From assembly GCA_026396515.1 (NCBI GenBank), contig JAPLWQ010000002.1, positions 9,075 to 73,074 of the forward strand: a DNA stretch of 64,000 nt, in the 5' to 3' direction. Below, one piece after another: positions 21,100 to 29,787 of this stretch. Source of the stretch: Candidatus Magasanikiibacteriota bacterium. Its GTDB lineage: Bacteria > Patescibacteriota > Patescibacteriia > Magasanikbacterales > GWA2-37-8. A program made the translations under genes and the position numbers. The notes under the pieces are model-generated. The model made no database searches, was not told the DNA's origin, and saw only the letters and a list, made by a program, of their open reading frames with translations. Positions within the stretch are counted from its first letter, which is position 1; each line of letters starts with the position of its first letter.

Positions 21100-21503
21100 A
21101 TTAGTTTTTTAACTTTGTCGATAATATTTTCTTTTAAACAGGTCGTTGATATATCGGGTGTTCTTTCGAGATATACAACCTCACAACACTTTTTCAACTC
21201 ATCAAATTTTCCCTCCCAATCGTTACCCATAACAAAGATGTCAATCTTTTTATTTTTTATATCCGCTACTTTCTGCTCCCAATTTTCTTCTGGGATGACT
21301 TCATCTACATACCTAATGGTCTCTAAAACGGCCTTTCTTTGCACATAAGGCAAGAAACAATCTTTATTTTTCATCCTGTTGAATTCGTCGGTTGATAAAC
21401 CCACAATCAAATAGTCACCAAGGTCTCTCGCTCTTTTGAGTAAGTTTATATGACCAACGTGCAATAGGTCATATGTACCATACGTAATCACAATTTTTTT
21501 CAT
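21096..21503 (-). CDS. tagD: glycerol-3-phosphate cytidylyltransferase
   Basis: 135 aa. Nucleotidyltransferase motif ITYGTYDLLHVGHINLLKRA and the short length typical of TagD/TarD. Confidence 0.8.
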   Translation of the reverse strand: MKKIVITYGTYDLLHVGHINLLKRARDLGDYLIVGLSTDEFNRMKNKDCFLPYVQRKAVLETIRYVDEVIPEENWEQKVADIKNKKIDIFVMGNDWEGKFDELKKCCEVVYLERTPDISTTCLKENIIDKVKKLI

Positions 21504-22198
21504 ATTTTTTTAAATACTAATTCCCAGCTATAATAACCAGGTATTGGTATTCTTATCTTTCTTAATATTCTAAATAATAGATTATTATATAGTTTTCTAT
21601 TTCTAATACCCAATCTTTTTACAAAAAAATCGATAATAGGAAATCTTTCGAGAGTTTTTTTATTTTCTAATAATTTAAATTTATTACGGTCAAATAAATC
21701 CAATAATTCGCAATCTTTTTTATATTCTCTTAAATGTGTTGGGTCTAAAACCCATTTCCCATTATTTCTATAAAAATACCATCCGTACCACTTTTTAAAT
21801 ACGGTCGAAATATAGATTATCCCATCTTTTTTTACAACTCTATGGATATTGTTCATCATCTTATTGTCGTCTATGTGTTCTATTACCATGGTAGATACAA
21901 AAAAATCAATGCTATTGTTTTCAATAGTTTTCATCTCTTCTGCATTATCAACCATTGCAGTTATGCCGACGTCAATTTTGCGTACAAGATCGATTCTGTT
22001 TTTCGACAAATCTATAGCAAAAACTTTCTTATCAATCAAATATTTATTTTTAATTAAAGCACTTAACAAATTGCCATCGCCACAACCGCAATCTAAAAAA
22101 GTAGTGAAATTATGATTTAGTAAATACTTTTTTAATAATTCTGAGATGCAATCAGAATAATATTGTGGGGCAATCTTTGAATATTCTTCTATATTCAT
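21500..22198 (-). CDS. class I SAM-dependent methyltransferase
   Basis: 232 aa. FLDCGCGDGN and DFFVSTMVIEHI motifs. Confidence 0.65.
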   Translation of the reverse strand: MNIEEYSKIAPQYYSDCISELLKKYLLNHNFTTFLDCGCGDGNLLSALIKNKYLIDKKVFAIDLSKNRIDLVRKIDVGITAMVDNAEEMKTIENNSIDFFVSTMVIEHIDDNKMMNNIHRVVKKDGIIYISTVFKKWYGWYFYRNNGKWVLDPTHLREYKKDCELLDLFDRNKFKLLENKKTLERFPIIDFFVKRLGIRNRKLYNNLLFRILRKIRIPIPGYYSWELVFKKI

Positions 22199-23040
22199 AT
22201 TTTCTTAATTTTATTTACTAAATACCCGGCTCCGCCAAAGGCAAATTTGAAAAAATTGTACATAATAAATCCGCTGCCTAACATGGGATGATAGATAAAC
22301 TTTTTCCAGTTTTTAAAATACACACTCCTGAAAAATCCCAATTGCTTTTTTGATTCGCTTATATTTTCTTGTTTGTACTTTACAAAATCCTTTCCATAGT
22401 CGTAATATTTTTTCATGTGCTTCCAAAAATTAGTCGGCTCCCCCAAATGCAAGGCTTCCGCCTCAATAAATCCAGTTTTAAAACCGCCTCTATTTAGTTT
22501 ATTTTGAAAATCATAATCCTCTCCGGCCGTTATTTTTTCATTAAATTCGCCGATTTTTTCGTAAACTTCTTTTCGTACGAATCTTGCGGAAGAATGGGTA
22601 ATGTCGTACTTATACATATCCACCTCAAATTTTCTTATATGCGCAATCCAGGAAATTCTCACATCAGGAGAATTGTGAACCACCACTGCGCCAAATCCTT
22701 CGTTCGCTTTTTTTACGCATTGATCAATGACTTCCTTGTCTAAAATAAAATCTGAATCTACTTTATAAACATATTCACCGTTAGAATTTTTAACTCCAAA
22801 ATTTACTTGCGCGGATCTTTCCGGTCCCCAATTGAGTAGTTGAAAGTTATAAAGTTTATAAAGTTCTAAAGTTGACTGTTTAAAAGCCTCGGCGATTTCT
22901 TTTGTACTGTCTACACTATTATTATCCACTACAATAATTTCTATATTTTTGTATGTCTGATTTTTTAAAGATTCCAAACATTTTTCAAGAAATTCACTTG
23001 AATTTTTTGTCGGAATTATCACTGAAACTAAACAACTCAT
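22195..23040 (-). CDS. family 2 glycosyltransferase
   Basis: 281 aa. VSVIIPTKNSSEFLEKCLESLKNQTY ... IEIIVVDNNSVDST and a DxD block. Confidence 0.75.
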   Translation of the reverse strand: MSCLVSVIIPTKNSSEFLEKCLESLKNQTYKNIEIIVVDNNSVDSTKEIAEAFKQSTLELYKLYNFQLLNWGPERSAQVNFGVKNSNGEYVYKVDSDFILDKEVIDQCVKKANEGFGAVVVHNSPDVRISWIAHIRKFEVDMYKYDITHSSARFVRKEVYEKIGEFNEKITAGEDYDFQNKLNRGGFKTGFIEAEALHLGEPTNFWKHMKKYYDYGKDFVKYKQENISESKKQLGFFRSVYFKNWKKFIYHPMLGSGFIMYNFFKFAFGGAGYLVNKIKKI

Positions 23041-23052
23041 ACTTTATAAACT

Positions 23053-24195
23053 TTATAACTTTATGAACTTTATAAACTCTTCGTAACTATTTTTAAAATT
23101 AATCTCCTTACTCCATTCCCAGGCATTAATTCTTAGACTCTTATATTTTTCTTCATCACTTAACAAATTAACTATATTAACCGCTAAATCTTCTGGGGTA
23201 TTTTCCTTGCAGATTAGTCCTGTTTCGTTATTCATGACTGCATCGCGCAGACCATCAACGTTATAAACAATGGCCGGCGTACCCTGACTATTTGCTTCTG
23301 TGACAACTAATCCCCAACCCTCTTTAACCGAAGTAACTGCGATTAGATGTGATTTTTGCAATAATTCAATTTTCTTTTCTTTACTTACTTTACCAAGGTA
23401 TTCCATGGAATCTGCAAAGGCACTGACCTTCATCATCTTCAATACCTTAGCTCCATAGGTACCCTCGCTAGAGCCGGCGATAATCAGTCGCAAGTCAGGC
23501 ATCACTGCTTTTGCAATTTCAAAGGCCTTAATGATATGATCCGTTCTTTTCATGGCCTTAATTGCCCCGAGGCTTAATATTGTCGGGTCTTTATACTTTA
23601 TAACTTCATAACTTTCTAACTCTTTAACTGGCTCAATCTCAATGCCTTCGCTGATTATTTTTATGTTTTCATCTTTAAAGCCATATTTCAATAAATCTTT
23701 TTTGGTGCTGGCGGAAACGGTAATAACTTTTCTGTCAGAGAGTAACCATAGATAGACCGGCTCCAACAGATATCCAAGTAAACTAAGCGGGAAGAACATC
23801 TGATAAAACCATATTTCTCGACAGAGTTGGTGGATAAAGAGAATATTTTTTACCTCACCCCGACCCTCTCCTTGCAAAGGAGAGGGGGAACAAACATAAA
23901 ACTTCGCAAAGAATGGGATTGTATTTACTTCGTCAATTACCAAATCCGGCCAACCGACTAAATTTTTTTTGTAGTATTTATAGGCCCGCCAATAAACTGT
24001 CCATTTATTGCCCAGTCGTATGACTTTGTACCCATCGATTATTTCTTCGTTTAAAGCCCCCTGAAAGCCCGCCACGAGTAGTATCAGCTCATTACCGTCT
24101 TCTACCAGCCTTTTTGCCAAAGATTCGTTGACTAACTCCGCACCGCCGGCTAACGGATTTTTCCTGTCTTTCCATGTTAGCCATAGGATTTTCAT
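23053..24195 (-). CDS. family 4 (GT-B) glycosyltransferase carrying an in-frame palindromic-element insertion
   Basis: 380 aa. C-terminal GT4 signature (KEGWGLVVTEANSQGTPAIVYNVDGLRDAV). N-domain contains an atypical 14-aa segment CSPSPLQGEGRGEV encoded by a CCTCACCCCGACCCTCTCCTTGCAAAGGAGAGGGGG element at about 23853-23888. Confidence 0.7.
   Translation of the reverse strand: MKILWLTWKDRKNPLAGGAELVNESLAKRLVEDGNELILLVAGFQGALNEEIIDGYKVIRLGNKWTVYWRAYKYYKKNLVGWPDLVIDEVNTIPFFAKFYVCSPSPLQGEGRGEVKNILFIHQLCREIWFYQMFFPLSLLGYLLEPVYLWLLSDRKVITVSASTKKDLLKYGFKDENIKIISEGIEIEPVKELESYEVIKYKDPTILSLGAIKAMKRTDHIIKAFEIAKAVMPDLRLIIAGSSEGTYGAKVLKMMKVSAFADSMEYLGKVSKEKKIELLQKSHLIAVTSVKEGWGLVVTEANSQGTPAIVYNVDGLRDAVMNNETGLICKENTPEDLAVNIVNLLSDEEKYKSLRINAWEWSKEINFKNSYEEFIKFIKL
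23853..23888. repeat. palindromic element copy (CCCTCTCCTT-GCA-AAGGAGAGGG) inside the GT4 CDS
   Basis: Perfect 10-bp inverted repeat flanked by CCTCACCCCGA. Same element family as the copies at 31581-31883, 42496-42585, 36678-36711 and 37268-37301. Confidence 0.65.
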
Positions 24196-25151
24196 ATCAT
24201 TTGGTTAAAATTACTCTTCCTGATAACATAAGTCGGACGTTTTAAGACTTCATCTTGGATGTTGGCGATATAGAGGGCGACCAATCCTAAGCAAGAAAGA
24301 ATAATCCCCACTAAAAAAACTAATAAAATAGCTAACTGGGCTGGGCCGGAAAAGCTCATGGCAAAGCTATTATGAACAATGTATCTACCAACAAATAATA
24401 GAAACCCGGCTAAGCCAAACAAGACAATGATAGCTACGCCTAAATATCCGGCCAGCTTCAGCGGGAAAAGGCTATGGTTAACAATGGTGCATAACGCCAA
24501 TTTAACAAGCTTCATTTTGTCATAACAAGCCAAGCCGTTTTTTCGGCCATTCGAATCAAAATTAATATATTCCCGTTTAAAGCCCAACCAATCAATAAGA
24601 CCCCTGGTCATCCGGCCATGTTCCGTAAAGCGACGAAAAGCCAAAACTACTTTTCTATCAAGCAGTCTATAATCAGTGGCATTAGGAGTAATTTTCGTAT
24701 CGCCAATGGTATCCATAATTTTATAAAATAGCAGCGAACCGATTTTTTTTACTATACCCCCTCCTATATTTCTATTGCGCACGCCAATTACTACTTCGGC
24801 TCCGTTTTGCCATTTCTCCATAAAATTAGGCACCAATTCAACCGGATGTTGTAAATCGGCATCAATCATAATAACCGCATCTCCCCCCGCCGCATCAAGT
24901 CCCGCGGAAAGAGCAAGCTCCTTACCAAAATTGCGCGAAAATTGAATAAATTTGACATGACTATTTTGATTAGCAAAATTCTCTAAAACTACTGCGCTAT
25001 TATCCTGGCTCCCATCATCAACGAAAATAATTTCGTAATCGTAATTATCTAATAAACCATTTAACGTCTTTAGCAGTCCAGCATAAATCAAGGGGATATT
25101 TTCCTCTTCATTAAAAACCGGAATAACTATAGAAATTAATTTTTTGGACAT
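24192..25151 (-). CDS. polyprenyl-phosphate glycosyltransferase (GtrB/ArnC-like GT2 with C-terminal TM helices)
   Basis: LISIVIPVFNEEENIP ... YEIIFVDDGSQDNS ... IMIDADLQHP, plus two C-terminal TM helices. Start placed at MSKKLISIV; the track's N-terminal extension to 25235 overlaps the upstream gene by ~100 nt. Confidence 0.7.
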   Translation of the reverse strand: MSKKLISIVIPVFNEEENIPLIYAGLLKTLNGLLDNYDYEIIFVDDGSQDNSAVVLENFANQNSHVKFIQFSRNFGKELALSAGLDAAGGDAVIMIDADLQHPVELVPNFMEKWQNGAEVVIGVRNRNIGGGIVKKIGSLLFYKIMDTIGDTKITPNATDYRLLDRKVVLAFRRFTEHGRMTRGLIDWLGFKREYINFDSNGRKNGLACYDKMKLVKLALCTIVNHSLFPLKLAGYLGVAIIVLFGLAGFLLFVGRYIVHNSFAMSFSGPAQLAILLVFLVGIILSCLGLVALYIANIQDEVLKRPTYVIRKSNFNQMI

Positions 25152-26476
25152 AAATAATATATCCTGATAAAGTAAAAAATCAGCAGGAACAGCGCAAGTA
25201 GCATCGACCCGTTCATTATCCAAATAATTTGCCATAAACTAGTATGGAAAATGTATATAAAAACTATTTGCAATAGAGACCCAATACCAACTAAATATGC
25301 GCCCATGGCTTTTCCCACGGAAAGAAAATAGTTTGCCAGCAAGGCTACTAAGGAATACAAAAACATTGATAAACCAAACCAGCCCAGATATTTGCTAATC
25401 GCCAGGAATTTGCCACCGATTAGAATATTAATTATCAGATCAGGGATTATGAAATAAAAAATGACAATGCCCAGACCTATCAGGGCGGTTAAGCAAATGG
25501 CTTTTTTAAGGATTTTCGCCGGGTGTTTTAAACTGCTGTGCGCATCAGCCGCCATTGGAAACATTACTCCCGCGACCGGCCCGGCCATAAAATATATTAC
25601 ATTGCCGAGCATGGCTAAAGCGCCAAATTCTCCGGCTGTTTGAGCTGAAAAAAAATGCTTAACTAAAATTATATCTACATTGCAAAGCAGGGCAATAAAC
25701 AAAAGGCTAAAAAAAACCGGGAATGAATAGCGCCCAATCTCTTTTACTTGCACTTCCTCCTTTTGCCGTTTAAATAGAAATTTCAAGGGATAAAAATATA
25801 AAAGATAACTAACCAAGGCAGCCAAAGTGATTGCCCCAACCGCCCCATTTATGGCAAAGCCCAGCTTAACAAGCAAAACGGAAAATGCAACTTTAAGCAA
25901 AGCCGAAATTAGAGAAATAACAGATAATTCCTTAAATTTCTGCAGGCCGCGAATAATACCTAAATTTATTGAACTCGGAAAGCTAAATAGAAAAACAATT
26001 CCTAAAATCAATAATGGCCAAACGGAATCCAAATTTATAAACCGGGCAATTTGCCCGCTAAAAATCGCAAATAATGCAAAGAATGCGACGGCGGCGACTG
26101 AAGTTTTCTTGGTTAATATTAAAAATAGGGAATAGATTTTATTCGGCTGATTCTTTGCTTTAAAATCGGCGGTATATTTTACTAAAACCGTTGCTAAAGT
26201 TGCGGTTGGAATAGCGGTGACGGTAAAAATTGCCAACAAAGTTTGCAGTTCGCCATATACCGCTACCGTTAACATTCTGGCCATTAAAAATTGATAAAGA
26301 TAATTGACCGCCCCAACCGCCAGAGAACCACATAATAAAATCACAATATTAGACAGAAATCTATCTTGCCTGATCCTATCCAGGGATGTTCTTACGATGC
26401 GGCTGATCATGGAACTACTTAATCTAAAAGTAAAACCCAAACGTGATATGTTTGCGCGTCTAATACTTCTGTACAT
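25136..26476 (-). CDS. polysaccharide-biosynthesis flippase (Wzx/MOP superfamily)
   Basis: 446 aa, about 12-14 TM helices, MOP-flippase architecture. Two upstream-motif copies lie 5' of it. Confidence 0.6.
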   Translation of the reverse strand: MYRSIRRANISRLGFTFRLSSSMISRIVRTSLDRIRQDRFLSNIVILLCGSLAVGAVNYLYQFLMARMLTVAVYGELQTLLAIFTVTAIPTATLATVLVKYTADFKAKNQPNKIYSLFLILTKKTSVAAVAFFALFAIFSGQIARFINLDSVWPLLILGIVFLFSFPSSINLGIIRGLQKFKELSVISLISALLKVAFSVLLVKLGFAINGAVGAITLAALVSYLLYFYPLKFLFKRQKEEVQVKEIGRYSFPVFFSLLFIALLCNVDIILVKHFFSAQTAGEFGALAMLGNVIYFMAGPVAGVMFPMAADAHSSLKHPAKILKKAICLTALIGLGIVIFYFIIPDLIINILIGGKFLAISKYLGWFGLSMFLYSLVALLANYFLSVGKAMGAYLVGIGSLLQIVFIYIFHTSLWQIIWIMNGSMLLALFLLIFYFIRIYYLCPKN

Positions 26477-26495
26477 TATTTAGGTAATTATAAAA

Positions 26496-26618
26496 AACTC
26501 AAACAAATTCTGCTTGAGCTTCTAGAGCTTCTGAAAATTTTTATCCCGTATATTTAATTGGTTGCAATACTACATAAAAAACCCGAACCAATTAAGGTTG
26601 CGGGCTTCAAGAGCCTCT
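26496..26618 (-). promoter_or_regulatory. upstream motif copy (26496-26532) and degenerate copy (26580-26618) 5' of the Wzx gene
   Basis: AACTCAAACAAATTCTGCTTGAGCTTCTAGAGCTTCT, and AACCCGAACCA...TTGCGGGCTTCAAGAGCCTCT. A TATAAT lies about 10 nt before the ATG at 26476 on the minus strand. Confidence 0.5.
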
Positions 26619-26682
26619 GAGTATTTCTATCTTTTATTATAGCACAATTGTCTGTTGTGGGTTATAGGAAATATCCACAGAT

Positions 26683-27519
26683 TTACGGATTTTTCGGCAA
26701 CCAACCCAAAACATGGTAGCCGACGAATTTTCCTGAGTCATCAAAATTGGGAGTAAAGTATTGTTCGCTTTCTACAGGTTTGCCTTGTGCATTATTCCCT
26801 CCTACGCGCACTACACGGTATGGCAATTCTCGAGTACAAAAATTGTCAAAAGTTTTTTTGGCTTCCACTCTCGCTTCCTCCGGCAAAAAATCAAAGTAGT
26901 TTTTACCAATAACCATTTCCGGCTTAAATCCAAAGAGTGTTTCCACTGACGGACTCACATATTCACCTACCCCGTTTTTGTCTATTCTGAAATAATAGTC
27001 GCAGGCGTTATCCAAAAACTTTTCTCCATTTTCGCCTAAATTATTTTCATCAATTTTGGCATCTCTTATCGATGTCGATATCAATATATATTCTCCTTTT
27101 TCGGTTGGTCTATATGCTTTAAAAAAGACGGAGACTGGTATATTCCGGCCATCCTTGGATTTATGAATGGTGTCCAACTGAAAAAATCTCCCCTCCTTCA
27201 GCAACGACTCCGGCCCAAAGAACTTTTTGCTTATCTCTTCCGGCATAACAGGGCAGATTTGTATGATGTTTTTACCAATCAATTCTCCATACGCATAGCC
27301 CAAAATTTTACAAGCTGAATCGCTGACATTGGTTATTATACCTCTGTCGTCGATAATCATTAGATAATGAGTGGCATCATCTGCCAATTTGATACTGCCG
27401 ATGGAATTAAATATCCCGCACTTTTTGCATTTAATTTCTAAAAGTCCATCAAAAAAAATACCCTTTAATAGAAGTTTTCCACACTTACACCGATGCTCGT
27501 ATAAAAATGATGTATTCAT
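26683..27519 (-). CDS. zinc-ribbon + tandem PAS-domain protein (no output domain)
   Basis: N-terminal CxC...CxxC ribbon (HRCKCGKLLLKG ... IKCKKCGIF), then two PAS-like modules. Start placed at MNTSFLYEHR (27517-27519); the track's extension to 27594 translates the (TA)n tract and the upstream motif. Confidence 0.5.
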   Translation of the reverse strand: MNTSFLYEHRCKCGKLLLKGIFFDGLLEIKCKKCGIFNSIGSIKLADDATHYLMIIDDRGIITNVSDSACKILGYAYGELIGKNIIQICPVMPEEISKKFFGPESLLKEGRFFQLDTIHKSKDGRNIPVSVFFKAYRPTEKGEYILISTSIRDAKIDENNLGENGEKFLDNACDYYFRIDKNGVGEYVSPSVETLFGFKPEMVIGKNYFDFLPEEARVEAKKTFDNFCTRELPYRVVRVGGNNAQGKPVESEQYFTPNFDDSGKFVGYHVLGWLPKNP

Positions 27520-27543
27520 ATATATATATATATATATATATAT
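27518..27543. repeat. (AT)13 dinucleotide microsatellite abutting the start codon of 26683..27519
   Basis: A 26-nt perfect alternating AT run, immediately followed on the coding strand by GAATAC. Confidence 0.85.
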
Positions 27544-27559
27544 TGAGAACAGCATATAT

Positions 27560-27578
27560 TTGAGCTTCTGGAGCTTCT
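27560..27578 (-). promoter_or_regulatory. upstream motif copy (TTGAGCTTCTGGAGCTTCT)
   Basis: Same GAGCTTC-N2-GAGCTTC core as the other copies. About 40 nt 5' of the ATG of the Zn-ribbon/PAS gene. Confidence 0.45.
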
Positions 27579-27785
27579 TGGCTAATAACAGCATACCATA
27601 AACCTCAATTTCCTGGTAGCGCTGAAAGAGCCTGCTATTCCTTTAATATAACACTAACAAATCGCACAAATTTTGTCTAATTTGAAGGTAAGGCCGCCAA
27701 CCGGTGAATTATGGAAGGCAATCATCGCCGTCGATCACCGCCACATGGCTTATTGCCCCCCTCCCCGCAAAAAATTTCTTTTTTT

Positions 27786-27817
27786 CCAAATAAAAAATCT
27801 CCCCTGACGGGGAGATT
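27786..27817 (-). terminator. rho-independent terminator (GGGGAGATT stem, T-tract on minus strand)
   Basis: AATCTCCCCTGACGGGGAGATT hairpin. The plus-strand A-tract AAATAAAAAA gives UUUUUUAUUU after the hairpin on the minus-strand RNA. Confidence 0.5.
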
Positions 27818-27825
27818 AGTACAAG

Positions 27826-27888
27826 CTACTTCTTATTCTTCTTTGGTTTCTTTTTCTCTCTCTTTTGAGAGTTGTTGCCTTTGGCCAT
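27826..27888 (-). CDS. candidate 20-aa lysine-rich small protein (MAKGNNSQKREKKKPKKNKK)
   Basis: ATG...TAG small ORF between an extended -10 (TGCTATAAT at about 27915-27923, minus) and the intrinsic terminator at about 27796-27817. Not in the ORF track (under 60 aa). Coordinates are approximate. Confidence 0.3.
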   Translation of the reverse strand: MAKGNNSQKREKKKPKKNKK

Positions 27889-27957
27889 AGAAATATTTAA
27901 ATATATAACAATGCAATTATAGCACAACCTATCTGTTTCGACAATAAACTATATTTT

Positions 27958-27990
27958 CATTGACTAAATGCAAAATAATTGATATACTCG
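27958..27990 (+). promoter_or_regulatory. candidate sigma-70-type promoter for the ABC-F gene
   Basis: TTGACT-like -35 element, about 17 nt spacer (AAATGCAAAATAATTGA), TATACT -10, about 30 nt 5' of the ATG at 28018. Exact position is within 3 nt of that shown. Confidence 0.4.
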
Positions 27991-28017
27991 CACATCACTA
28001 CAAATATATTTTATATT

Positions 28018-29478
28018 ATGGATCACGGCAACGTCATCGTTCGCTTTGACGAAACATCATTCAGTTACGGACATAACAAGCCCATATTGGAGACGGCCAG
28101 TTTTTCAGTGCGCGAAAACGCTAAAATCACTATAATGGGCCAGAATGGCGCCGGTAAAAGCACTATTTTCAAACTGATTACCGGAGAACTAAAACCAAAT
28201 GAGGGCGGGGTGCACACCGGCGTTAAAGCGACCATCGCGATTGCCACTCAGGTAATGAAACAGGAAAATCTTGATAAAACCATTGAATCATTTTTTTCCG
28301 GCGCTTTTACTGAAAAAAAATATGATCTGCCAAAACGCATAAAAAATGTTTTGGATGTGGTTAATCTGGCCGCTCCGCTCGACCGCAAGATTAGGCAATT
28401 TTCCGGCGGACAGCAAGCTCGTCTGATTCTCGCCTATGCGCTTATTCAGGAACCGGATATTTTACTGCTCGATGAACCGACCAACAATCTCGACGCGCAA
28501 GGCATCGCCCATCTCACCCAATTTTTAATTGAATACCCGAAAACTTGTCTGGTCATTTCGCACGATGCCACGTTTTTAAATTCTTTCACGCACGGCGTGC
28601 TATATCTTGATTCCTACACCCATAAAGTCGAACAGTACCTGGGCGACTATTATGATGTGCTCGGAAAAATCGAAGCCCAGATTGAACGCGAGCGCATGAA
28701 AAATGCTCAGCTTAAAAAAAGCATCCAGGACCGCAAAGACAAAATAAACTTCTTTGCCCACAAAGGCGGAAAAATGCGCAAACTGGCCAGCAAACTCAAA
28801 GGTCAGGTGGAAGAAGCCGAAGAAGAAATGGTTGATGTGAGGAAAGAAGATAAAACTATCAATGATTTTATTCTGCCTGCTCAAACGGATGTCATCGGCT
28901 CAATTGTTAAAATTAAATCTGTCGGCATTATGGTCGGCCACGAACCGGTGCGCAAGGAAATTAAGCCGGCTATTAGCGTCCGCAAAAAGCAACGCTTGCT
29001 TATCAAAGGCCCAAACGGAATTGGGAAGAGTACTTTTCTGGCCGCGATAGCTGAAGGACGCGAAGCCGGAGCGGTTATTTCAAAAGACGTGCGCGTTGGC
29101 TATTATCGGCAAGATTTTTCAGGACTTAATTTTGAAAAAACGGCTTATCAAACGCTCGAAGAGACAATGGCTGAACCATGGAACCAAGAAATCTATGCCA
29201 CCGCCGCTCAATTTTTACTCTCCGCTGAAACTCTAAGGAATACGGTTGGCTCATTATCCGAGGGGCAAAAAGGGTTACTCTGTTATGCCCGTTTTGTATT
29301 GCAAAAACCCGGCCTTCTGATAATGGACGAACCGACCAACCATATAAACTTTCGCCACCTTCCGATTATTGCCAAAGCTTTGAATGAATTTGAAGGAGCA
29401 ATTATTCTCGTTAGCCACGCTTACGAATTTGTCGAACAGATAAAAATTGATCAAACTCTTGATTTGGGAGCGTTATAG
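28018..29478 (+). CDS. ABC-F family ATPase (tandem ABC domains, no TMD)
   Basis: Two full NBDs: Walker A GQNGAGKST and GPNGIGKST, signatures LSGGQQARL and LSEGQKGLL, Walker B LLLDEPTNNLD and LIMDEPTNHI. Start taken at MDHGNVIV; the track's 27979 start is a TTG inside the promoter. Confidence 0.8.
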   Translation: MDHGNVIVRFDETSFSYGHNKPILETASFSVRENAKITIMGQNGAGKSTIFKLITGELKPNEGGVHTGVKATIAIATQVMKQENLDKTIESFFSGAFTEKKYDLPKRIKNVLDVVNLAAPLDRKIRQFSGGQQARLILAYALIQEPDILLLDEPTNNLDAQGIAHLTQFLIEYPKTCLVISHDATFLNSFTHGVLYLDSYTHKVEQYLGDYYDVLGKIEAQIERERMKNAQLKKSIQDRKDKINFFAHKGGKMRKLASKLKGQVEEAEEEMVDVRKEDKTINDFILPAQTDVIGSIVKIKSVGIMVGHEPVRKEIKPAISVRKKQRLLIKGPNGIGKSTFLAAIAEGREAGAVISKDVRVGYYRQDFSGLNFEKTAYQTLEETMAEPWNQEIYATAAQFLLSAETLRNTVGSLSEGQKGLLCYARFVLQKPGLLIMDEPTNHINFRHLPIIAKALNEFEGAIILVSHAYEFVEQIKIDQTLDLGAL

Positions 29479-29492
29479 ATCATTTAAATATT

Positions 29493-29520
29493 AAAAACGA
29501 GCACGTGTGCTCGTTTTTTT
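29493..29520 (+). terminator. rho-independent terminator of the ABC-F gene
   Basis: AAAAACGAGCACGTGTGCTCGTTTTTTT: perfect 8-bp GC-containing stem followed by T7. Confidence 0.65.
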
Positions 29521-29523
29521 AGA

Positions 29524-29787
29524 GCGGAAGGGGTGGGCGCTCCGGCGTTCAAACCCACCACGCGAGCCAAATTATTGGCTCGCTCTTTACACTCACTTCA
29601 TTCGCGGAAGGGGTGGGATTTGGCTTCGTCTCTCGCTTGCTTCCGCTCGCTCGGACTAGCCACCGCCTCGCGGTCGCGCTCGCCCGCCTGCGTCGCGCGA
29701 CATCGCTCCGGCGTTCAAACCCACCACGCGAGCCAAATTATTGGCTCGCTCCTTACACTCACTTCATTCGCGGAAGGGGTGGGATTT
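29524..29787. repeat. tandem partial duplications of the tRNA-Ser 3' end and its flank
   Basis: An ~82-nt unit occurs at about 29541-29622 and again at 29706-29787, where it is fused to the intact tRNA. The unit is TCCGGCGTTCAAACCCACCACGCGAGCCAAATTATTGGCTCGCTCYTTACACTCACTTCATTCGCGGAAGGGGTGGGATTTG. A third copy of the terminal GCGGAAGGGGTGGG lies at 29524-29537. The copies are separated by a 78-nt segment of about 68% GC. Confidence 0.6.

Noticed and set aside
27520-27594. N-terminal extension YIYIYIY of track ORF 26683..27594
   Set aside because: This is a translation of the (AT)13 tract and the upstream motif. The real start is the Met at 27517-27519.
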